A program made the position numbers and the translations under genes. A DNA stretch of 64,000 nt, taken from a bacterium. Lineage in GTDB: Bacteria; Patescibacteriota; Minisyncoccia; Moranbacterales; GWC2-37-73. The notes under the pieces are model-generated. The model searched no databases and was not told the origin of the DNA. It saw only the letters and a list, made by a program, of their open reading frames with translations. The DNA lies in assembly GCA_037140955.1 (NCBI GenBank), contig JBAXDL010000001.1, forward strand, positions 15,129 to 79,128, read 5' to 3'. This document shows positions 1 through 7,338 of the stretch, in pieces. The stretch's first letter is position 1. The number at the start of each line of letters is the position of its first letter.

Positions 1-526
1 TAGAAAAACTAATCTGCTTGATCAGCGCCATACCATCTACAATTGCCACCACTTTGTCTTTTTGCTTGATGTCATTTGTCATTTCTGCCAAAACCAGATC
101 GCCACTACAGATTCCAGCATCCACCATTGAATCGCCAAGAGCTCGAAAAACCACAACATTCTCACCTCTGTGACCTTGCAAAAAATCTCGATCAATAGTG
201 ACAAATTCATCATGCATATGATCAGCAAAAACATTCATGTTGTCACAACCCGCCGCACTCACAATTGGCAAAACAACTGTATCCAAAATTTCTGAAGTCC
301 TTGAAACAAGCTTGATTCCACGACTGCAGTTGCGCGAGCGAACAATCAAGCCTTTTTTTTCAAGACTCTCCAAATATTGCATCACGCTTCGAGTCGAAGA
401 CACTTGCAAAAATTGCATGAGCTCAGTAATGGTTGGCGAAAAACCATTTTTTTCCAAACAATCACAAAGATAATCGAAGACTCGTTTTTGTTTTGACGTT
501 AAAGTTTTTGAATTATTTTTTAACAT
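1..526 (-). CDS. lexA: LexA SOS repressor (3' end runs off the window)
   Basis: Manual translation from ATG at 526: MLKNNSKTLTSKQKRVFDYL...GFSPTITEL...LEKKGLI (wHTH), then SAAGC (Ala-Gly cleavage site), GDSMVDAGI (catalytic Ser), VVAIVDG..LIK (catalytic Lys). Not in the ORF track because it is open at the edge. Confidence 0.92.
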   Translation of the reverse strand, partial: MLKNNSKTLTSKQKRVFDYLCDCLEKNGFSPTITELMQFLQVSSTRSVMQYLESLEKKGLIVRSRNCSRGIKLVSRTSEILDTVVLPIVSAAGCDNMNVFADHMHDEFVTIDRDFLQGHRGENVVVFRALGDSMVDAGICSGDLVLAEMTNDIKQKDKVVAIVDGMALIKQISFS

Positions 527-862
527 CGGGCAGTAGAAATTTGAATGGGCTTTGCCCAAAAAAATTATTTTTTATTTTTCCTATTGAAGAAATATTCCTT
601 TAGTCTTCTTTTTATTAATCTCATTCCTTGAGAGGTTTTCAAGTATTTTTCCCTTCTTAGAGCATCTTGTTTGTCTAAGCATGCCTCATAATATATCACT
701 CGCCATGGTGCACCACTTTTAGTCGAAAAATTCAACTTGTGATTATGTTCCTCTAATCTTTTTTTCAAATCAACAGCAAATCCCGTGTAGAATTCGCCTT
801 TTTCTATACTTTCCAAGATATAAACGTAAAACATAATCATTTTTCAAATTTTCACTGCCCGA
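526..862. mobile_element. GIY-YIG mini-element with terminal inverted repeats and 4-bp target duplication
   Basis: Left end 526-545 TCGGGCAGTAGAAATTTGAA; reverse complement of right end 843-862 TCGGGCAGTGAAAATTTGAA (18/20). AACA lies directly outside both ends (522-525, 863-866). Confidence 0.72.
565..840 (-). CDS. GIY-YIG nuclease, YhbQ/UPF0213-like
   Basis: FYVYIL...FYTG..DLKKRLEEHN...YYEA...A.RREKYLK motif set, 91 aa. Confidence 0.9.
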   Translation of the reverse strand: MIMFYVYILESIEKGEFYTGFAVDLKKRLEEHNHKLNFSTKSGAPWRVIYYEACLDKQDALRREKYLKTSQGMRLIKRRLKEYFFNRKNKK

Positions 863-910
863 AACATTTCCCTATTATACATTTTTTATGCCAAGCCAAC
901 AATATCGAAG

Positions 911-1030
911 TTATACACACAATATACACAAATTGTGAAATATTAAATGCCTAATACAAGGCATTTAAAACATATACACACTTTTTTATTTTTATACATG
1001 TGCATAACTATAATACACAACATATACAAA
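911..1030. promoter_or_regulatory. Cluster of DnaA-box-like 9-mers
   Basis: TTATACACA 911-919 and TGTGCATAA 999-1007 match TTATNCACA exactly; one-mismatch copies at 922-930, 972-980 and 1011-1019. Confidence 0.5.
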
Positions 1031-1070
1031 CAAAGATTTAAAATGAAGACATTATTAGTTTTTTTACTTT

Positions 1071-2075
1071 TTACAAAACAGTCAAATGGTCAGGTGCTGA
1101 TGGTGCCACATTATCACCCCCCAATAATGGCTCAACATGACCTTCATAGATTTTAATATCATCATAAAGATGCTGCAGAGTGGGACTGTTTATATCATCA
1201 CCCCAGAATCCATTCTGCGGATTAAACGACACCTGCCCAACAAGATTACTCATAACAGTTGGGATAAGCGTTCCATTTGAACCATTAATGCCAGTAATAG
1301 TCTCAAGCAAAACTTCATCCATCCATAGCTTAATCACACCATCCCTAGAATTTGCAATTGGACTTGTTGGCATTTTTATATACATCCTAACCTTGTGCCA
1401 AGTGTCACCATAGCCAGGGCTCCATGCAACAGCAGAATATCTTCCCAACGTGCACGTTATTGGATTTCCACCCGTATCACCATTTAACAACCCCAGTGTC
1501 TGAAGATTAGTGCAATAACCAGTTTCATTTGTTGAATCATAATCTGGCCATCCAGCTACCCATGTCACAGCTGATGTTGTTGTCATAATGGCAGTCCCTC
1601 CAGCATCCTCATGTCCAAGCAATATCCTTTCACCTCCCCATCTGGAAACAGTCCCTCCTATATATTCATCTGTAGTTGAAATAGCCCTTACGCCCTTCAT
1701 GTTCCAATTTGCAGAGGCATCAGCATTTAAACTAAACTTTTCCCAATAAACAATAGTAATTTCATTTTTATTGAGAGTATTAGTAAGGAATGGATCGTAT
1801 ACATCCCCTTCTGTTGAACCACCAGGGAAAAGAAAGCTTAATGCTTTACCGTTATTATATCCTTGATTCGCTTTTATAGTACTCGTTGTTCCTGCGTTAT
1901 AACCATGATCAGAATTTCCACCACAATCAATCCAGGCCTGATTGGCATGTGCACCATCCAATCCCGACTCAAAATCACACTGGAATAGCATATCGCCATT
2001 GGCGGCATGTGCAAAATCAAATACAACCAAAAACATCATTACCAAAAAAAATATTTTGAAAATATATCTTTGCAT
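1071..2075 (-). CDS. Secreted beta-rich protein, possible polysaccharide-lyase/LamG-like jelly-roll
   Basis: Signal peptide ending AHA; CDFESG near the N-terminus, WHKVRMYIK, DGVIKLWMD, LYDDIKIY strand motifs; C-terminal APSAP linker. Confidence 0.55.
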   Translation of the reverse strand: MQRYIFKIFFLVMMFLVVFDFAHAANGDMLFQCDFESGLDGAHANQAWIDCGGNSDHGYNAGTTSTIKANQGYNNGKALSFLFPGGSTEGDVYDPFLTNTLNKNEITIVYWEKFSLNADASANWNMKGVRAISTTDEYIGGTVSRWGGERILLGHEDAGGTAIMTTTSAVTWVAGWPDYDSTNETGYCTNLQTLGLLNGDTGGNPITCTLGRYSAVAWSPGYGDTWHKVRMYIKMPTSPIANSRDGVIKLWMDEVLLETITGINGSNGTLIPTVMSNLVGQVSFNPQNGFWGDDINSPTLQHLYDDIKIYEGHVEPLLGGDNVAPSAPDHLTVL

Positions 2076-2263
2076 TTTTATATTTTACAATAAACTTTTT
2101 ATTACTATTTTTACTACAAAAGTATGCATCATATTTTTATAATTATAGCACAAAAAATGACTAGCAAGAAAAAATAATACTAATTCAACGCATTATTTTA
2201 CAACCAAAAACATCTTTTTAATAAACCATAAACGAATCTGCCAGTTCGAATCTCTCCTCTTAA

Positions 2264-2308
2264 TATAAAATCAATAAAACCACCAAAAAGGTGGTTTTAT
2301 TGATTTAT
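2264..2308 (-). terminator. Intrinsic terminator downstream of tRNA-Ser(GCT)
   Basis: AATCAATAAAACCACC-AAAAA-GGTGGTTTTATTGATT hairpin. Confidence 0.7.
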
Positions 2309-2309
2309 G

Positions 2310-2396
2310 CGGAGAAGGAGGGATTCGAACCCTCGAGGGGTTTTACCCCCTGCCTCGTTAGCAGTGAGGTGCTTTCGGCCTCTCAGCCACCTCTCC
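2310..2396 (-). tRNA. tRNA-Ser(GCT)
   Basis: GGAGAGG acceptor, anticodon arm CCTCA-CTGCTAA-CGAGG, long variable arm, GGTTCGAATCC T arm; CCA not encoded. Confidence 0.95.
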
Positions 2397-2401
2397 GTAT
2401 A

Positions 2402-2641
2402 TTAAAAATGTCTTCTTGCAAATGCCCTACCAGATCCAGATTTCAAATATTTTTCAAATTCAAAAGCTTTATACTTATCCTTAAATGCAACATATGAAAC
2501 CAATTTCACAGGCAATCTGTTTTTTGTTGCTGGAACATTTCCATTTTTATGCAACTCTAATCTTTCTTTCAAGTTAGCACTACATCCAGTATACGGCTTT
2601 TTATCGTTACAAGCAAGAATATAAACAAAATAATTATTCAT
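2402..2641 (-). CDS. GIY-YIG nuclease, YhbQ/UPF0213-like
   Basis: YFVYIL..ND..YTGCS.NL.ERL..H..G.V..TK.RLPVKLV...A..FEKYLKSGSG. Confidence 0.9.
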   Translation of the reverse strand: MNNYFVYILACNDKKPYTGCSANLKERLELHKNGNVPATKNRLPVKLVSYVAFKDKYKAFEFEKYLKSGSGRAFARRHF

Positions 2642-2715
2642 AAACCATACTAGCTTTTGGCTAAATTAACCACTTCCGCCGTCGCAAACTTCAACAGGAC
2701 TGCTTGTCCGCGTGC

Positions 2716-2766
2716 CGTCGCCATAGCTTTGGCGACGTGCGACCGAAGTCCGCTTTGGCGGACGAA
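2716..2766. repeat. REP-like GC-rich hairpins between tRNA-Ser(TGA) and the GIY-YIG gene
   Basis: CGTCGCCA-TAGCTT-TGGCGACG and GTCCGC-TTTG-GCGGAC in an otherwise AT-rich context. Confidence 0.65.
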
Positions 2767-2768
2767 GG

Positions 2769-2853
2769 AGGAAGCGAAGAGATTCGAACTCTTGATGGGT
2801 CGCCCCATGACAGTTTTCAAGACTGTTGCCTTCAACCGCTCGGCCACGCTTCC
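2769..2853 (-). tRNA. tRNA-Ser(TGA)
   Basis: GGAAGCG acceptor, ACAGT-CTTGAAA-ACTGT anticodon arm, variable arm, GTTCGAATC T loop; CCA not encoded. Confidence 0.95.
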
Positions 2854-3058
2854 TTACTCATTTTCTTCGAAAATACAAAAAACTGATGCCTCGCGTTTGT
2901 CCTGGTTTTCTTTTGAAAACCTTCAAATGCTCCTATTTCGCATTTGAACCGCTCGGCCAATGCCTCTTATATTTTCAACCAATATATAATAACAGCTAGA
3001 AACATATTTGTAAATATGCTAAAGTTAGCTCAGTAGGAATATAAGAAAATACAAAAAT

Positions 3059-3631
<573 letters not shown>

Positions 3632-3778
3632 GCAAAAATCAAAATACAATAGCCAAAATATAGCAAAGAACTTGGAAGTATTTACTTTTTTTACTTTATA
3701 TTGTACACTATATTTTGCATATTACATGATGATTTTTGTATTTTTATTGTCTATTGTATTTTGCATATTGCGTTTTGA
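3632..3778. repeat. Inverted degenerate heptamer array (CAAAATA/TATTTTG type)
   Basis: CAAAATACAATAG near 3640 has its exact reverse complement CTATTGTATTTTG near 3751; shares CAAAAATCAAAATACAA with 60950. Confidence 0.6.
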
Positions 3779-3781
3779 AAA

Positions 3782-3854
3782 GTGCTTGTAGCTCAGTGGA
3801 TAGAGCGTCTGGTTGCGGTCCAGAAGGTCGCAGGTCCGATTCCTGCCTAGCACA
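3782..3854 (+). tRNA. tRNA-Arg(GCG)
   Basis: GTGCTTG/CTAGCAC acceptor (one U:U), TAGCTCAGTGGATAGAGC D arm, TCTGG-TTGCGGT-CCAGA anticodon arm, T loop TCCGATT. Confidence 0.9.
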
Positions 3855-3922
3855 CAAAGAACAGAGTGAATTGGGGGCTTGGAGTGAGTGAACGATTTTA
3901 ATAATGTCAGGACTTTTAAGTC

Positions 3923-3951
3923 TTGACATTTTTGATTAAAAAGAGTATAAT
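3923..3951 (+). promoter_or_regulatory. Consensus sigma70 promoter of the DksA/TraR-like gene
   Basis: TTGACA-17 bp-TATAAT; the -35 overlaps hairpin 3903-3930, a probable tRNA-Arg terminator. Confidence 0.85.
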
Positions 3952-4042
3952 ATCAAGTTAGTGCTCAAGATAGTTTTTTTAACAATTTTATTTCAAAATA
4001 GCCTCAAACGGCTATATATCCCAAAGGAAGAAGGAGAACACC

Positions 4043-4702
4043 ATGGCAACTGCAACAGAAAGAGCGGAGAAAAATTTTAAGGTAAAAATGCAAGGAGCTG
4101 CAAACAAAATGAGGATATTTTTACTATCTTCAAAAGATGCAGCAAAATCTGTCATTGAAAAACAGTACGTAGGAACAATGGCAAGGATTGCCTCAGGAGA
4201 TTTTGGTAATTGCGAAAATTGCAATGGACCGATGCCGATTGCTGCCCTCAACCGGAATTTCTTCGAAACAACATGCTGCGAAGATTGTAAACAGAAATTG
4301 CAATTTCAAAAACTTTCTGAAAAAATCATTTCATTGGAAGGAGAAATTAAAGAGATTGAAAAATCAGTTCGCCAAACACTAATAGATGAATCAACGAATT
4401 GCAGCATTTCCAATCACCCAGCTGATCAGTCAAAATTACCAAATTATAAGCTGGATCATCTTCTTCCAAATAAAAAAAAGTTATTATCTCAGTACAAAAC
4501 AGCAATTAAAATGCACCAAGAAGGTACATATGGAGTTTGTGAAGAGTGCGGAAAGGATATTAATCCTGCTCGCCTGGAGGTATCGCCAAGTTCAAATAGA
4601 TGTGTAGAGTGCAAAACAAAAATTGAAGAAAGAAGCAAGGTCTCATCTGGTTATGGAAACAAAGTTTCAATAAACAGACTAAGACAAGCGGTCTATATCT
4701 AG
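4043..4702 (+). CDS. TraR/DksA C4 zinc-finger protein with two fingers
   Basis: GDFGNCENC...CCEDC and GTYGVCEECGKDINPARL...CVEC; AAGGAG RBS. Confidence 0.8.
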   Translation: MATATERAEKNFKVKMQGAANKMRIFLLSSKDAAKSVIEKQYVGTMARIASGDFGNCENCNGPMPIAALNRNFFETTCCEDCKQKLQFQKLSEKIISLEGEIKEIEKSVRQTLIDESTNCSISNHPADQSKLPNYKLDHLLPNKKKLLSQYKTAIKMHQEGTYGVCEECGKDINPARLEVSPSSNRCVECKTKIEERSKVSSGYGNKVSINRLRQAVYI

Positions 4703-4714
4703 AGTATAATTTCA

Positions 4715-4750
4715 AAGCGACTCACATGAAACATGTGGGTCGCTTTTCTT
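4715..4750 (+). terminator. Intrinsic terminator
   Basis: AAAGCGACTCACATG-AAA-CATGTGGGTCGCTTT followed by a T-rich run. Confidence 0.8.
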
Positions 4751-4778
4751 TTTTCTCAAAAATAAACTGGCGGCGTGA

Positions 4779-4875
4779 GACCACTTTTCTTCTTGGCCAA
4801 CAGCTAGCGACAGCAGCTCTTGAGCTTTTGGAAATTGAGCATTTTTCCAAAAGTGTGCCAAAAGGAAAGGTGGTC
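4779..4875 (+). ncRNA. Putative structured RNA / small palindromic element (three-way junction)
   Basis: 19-bp closing stem GACCACTTTTCTTCTTGGC / GCCAAAAGGAAAGGTGGTC with G-U pairs on the + strand and two internal hairpins. Confidence 0.4.
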
Positions 4876-4946
4876 GAACAAACACGTTGCAAAAATGCTC
4901 AAACTTATCACTAGATGTGTTGCATACAATAAGATATACTTGCAGC

Positions 4947-7148
4947 ATGATCACATTGCAAACAAAACTAGACCAACTCCCCCGCTTTAGCAAGAAATAT
5001 GTTGATGCACTGGATAAACTTAATCTCAAAACAGTTGAGGATTTTTTGTTGCACTTTCCTTTTCGCTATGAAGATTATTCTGAAAGAATTCAGATTAAAG
5101 ATTTGAAAAATGGCGAAACCGCCACCATCATGGGCGAGGTTGTTTCCAGCAAAGTTGTTCGCACTTGGAAAAAAAAGATGATGATCACCGAATGCTTTGT
5201 GGCCGATGAAACTGGCAGCGTGCGAGCCGTTTGGTTCAATCAGCCATATATCAGTGATTCATTAACGACTGGCAAAGGCGTGCGAATTTCAGGCAAGGTT
5301 TCCCAGGATCCAAAAGGACTATTTTTTTCAAATTCAGCTTGGGAACTTTCTTCGCGCACGCCAACCAACACCGGCAGACTTGTTCCAATATATCCAGAAA
5401 CAGAAGGGCTCACTTCGCGTTGGATTCGCTGGCAAATGCAAAACTTGATTGAACATGCAGAAAAACTTGTTGACCCGATTCCAGAAAACATTATCAAGGG
5501 GCTGCATTTGCCGCTACTCAAAGATGCAGTACGTTTTTTGCATTTTCCAAAAACATTGCATGAATTTGAATTAGCACAAAAACGTTTTGCCTTCCAACAA
5601 ATGTTTTTGGTTCAACTTGCAACGCAGAAAATAAAAATATCCTGGGACAAACAAACAGCCGCTTCAATCAAATTTGAACAAGCTTTTATCAAAAAATTTG
5701 TTGACTCACTTCCCTTTACACTTACGGACGCTCAAAGAAAAGCATCGTTTCAAATATTGAAAGATCTTGAAAAACCCTTGCCTATGAACAGACTTTTAAA
5801 TGGTGACGTTGGTTCTGGCAAAACTATCGTGGCGGCCATTGCCAGCTTGCAAGCTATCAATGCTGGCTTTCAGGCTTCACTAATGGCGCCAACTGAAATC
5901 TTGGCCAGACAGCATTTCGAAAGCATATCAAAACTTTTTAAACCTTACAATATTTCCGTTGCATTATTAACAAATGCATATCAAGAAATTTCATCATGTC
6001 ATTCCGGGCTTGACCCAGAATCCAGCAATCTTCAGCAATCAGCAATTAACCTGGATTCCCATTTTCACGGGAATGACAAAGAAACAAATAAAAGCAACAA
6101 TAAAAAAATTTCAAAAGTTAAAATTAAAGAAAATTTATTAAAAAAATTAGGCGATGGAGAAATAAACATCATCATTGGCACACATGCTCTGATTCAAGAA
6201 AAGGTAAGATTCAAAAATTTGGCACTTGTTATTGTTGATGAACAACATCGCTTTGGCGTGGCGCAGCGCGCATATCTGCAGCAACAAATAGAAAAAATTA
6301 ATGATGGTCTGCCAGGAAAAATCCCACATCTTTTGACCATGACAGCCACTCCAATTCCTCGCACACTAACCTTGGCATATTTTGGAAATCTTGAACTTTC
6401 AATTTTAAATGAAATGCCAAAAAACCGAAAACAAATTGAAACAAAAATTGTGCCACCAAGCAAAAGAAATGATGCCTATGATTTTGTGCACGACCAAATC
6501 AAAAAAGGACATCAAGCTTTTATTATCTTCCCCCTAGTAGAAGAATCAGAAAAATTAACCGAACTAAAAGCTGCCACCCAAGAGCATGCCAGATTGTCAG
6601 CAGAAATTTTTCCAAATTTGAAACTTGGATTGTTGCATGGAAAATTAAAATCCAAAGAAAAAGAGGCTGTGATGGAAGATTTTAAAAACAAAAAATATGA
6701 CATCTTAATTGCAACATCTGTGGTTGAAGTTGGTATTGATATTCCAAATGCCACAGTCATCATGATCGAAGATGCTGAAAGATTTGGACTCTCACAATTG
6801 CATCAATTTCGTGGACGTGTTGGCAGAAGCGAAAAACAATCACATTGCTTTCTTTTCACTTCTAGCAAAACAACTAAAGCAAAATCAAGACTTGGAGCCA
6901 TGGAAGAAACTTCCAATGGCTTTGCGATCGCTGAGGAAGATTTGAAATTGCGCGGACCAGGAGAGTTTCTAGGCACAAGACAATCTGGCTTGCCTGACAT
7001 CTCCATGGAACATTTGGCCAATGTAAAACTAATAGAAATAGCGCATGACTATGCCGAGCAAACATTGCAAAACAGTCCTGACCTGAAAGAATATCCACTC
7101 TTACAAAAAGAGCTTGGAAAATTTCAAAGCAATACGCATCTTGAATAA
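4947..7148 (+). CDS. recG: ATP-dependent DNA helicase RecG, with an in-frame palindromic insertion
   Basis: PMNRLLNGDVGSGKT, DEQHRFG, MTATPIPRTL, QLHQFRGRVGR; likely start is ATG 4947. Confidence 0.97.
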   Translation: MITLQTKLDQLPRFSKKYVDALDKLNLKTVEDFLLHFPFRYEDYSERIQIKDLKNGETATIMGEVVSSKVVRTWKKKMMITECFVADETGSVRAVWFNQPYISDSLTTGKGVRISGKVSQDPKGLFFSNSAWELSSRTPTNTGRLVPIYPETEGLTSRWIRWQMQNLIEHAEKLVDPIPENIIKGLHLPLLKDAVRFLHFPKTLHEFELAQKRFAFQQMFLVQLATQKIKISWDKQTAASIKFEQAFIKKFVDSLPFTLTDAQRKASFQILKDLEKPLPMNRLLNGDVGSGKTIVAAIASLQAINAGFQASLMAPTEILARQHFESISKLFKPYNISVALLTNAYQEISSCHSGLDPESSNLQQSAINLDSHFHGNDKETNKSNNKKISKVKIKENLLKKLGDGEINIIIGTHALIQEKVRFKNLALVIVDEQHRFGVAQRAYLQQQIEKINDGLPGKIPHLLTMTATPIPRTLTLAYFGNLELSILNEMPKNRKQIETKIVPPSKRNDAYDFVHDQIKKGHQAFIIFPLVEESEKLTELKAATQEHARLSAEIFPNLKLGLLHGKLKSKEKEAVMEDFKNKKYDILIATSVVEVGIDIPNATVIMIEDAERFGLSQLHQFRGRVGRSEKQSHCFLFTSSKTTKAKSRLGAMEETSNGFAIAEEDLKLRGPGEFLGTRQSGLPDISMEHLANVKLIEIAHDYAEQTLQNSPDLKEYPLLQKELGKFQSNTHLE
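5997..6078. repeat. Inverted dimer of GTCATTCC-type palindromic repeats inside recG
   Basis: TGTCATTCCGGGCTTGACCCAGAATCCAG ... CTGGATTCCCATTTTCACGGGAATGACA; translates as CHSGLDPES...LDSHFHGND. Confidence 0.88.
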
Positions 7149-7221
7149 TGTATCTTTATTTGTTAGAATTAACAAGTATTTTCATGTAGTAATTAAGCCT
7201 TGCTGGCTTAAGTTTGTATTT

Positions 7222-7333
7222 TTAATTTTCAATTCTCAATTTTCAATTCTCAATCAATTTTCAAATTTACAATATATCAATTAACTTATTGTAAATTCAA
7301 TGTAAATTGATCATTGGTAATTGATCATTGAAT
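7222..7333. repeat. Inverted heptamer tandem array
   Basis: (CAATTTT/CAATTCT)n left arm and (AATTGAT/CATTGGT)n right arm, ending a few nt before ATG 7339. Confidence 0.75.
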
Positions 7334-7338
7334 CTATT

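Noticed and set aside
911-1030. oriC
   Set aside because: No dnaA/dnaN adjacent and no switch in gene-strand bias across the site; kept only as a DnaA-box cluster.
2244-2260. attR of an island integrated at tRNA-Ser
   Set aside because: The tRNA fragment is inverted rather than direct, and there is no integrase in the window.
2291-2947. ORFs 2291-2497, 2650-2847, 2657-2947 and 2704-2886
   Set aside because: They overlap tRNA genes and GC-rich hairpins; shadow frames.
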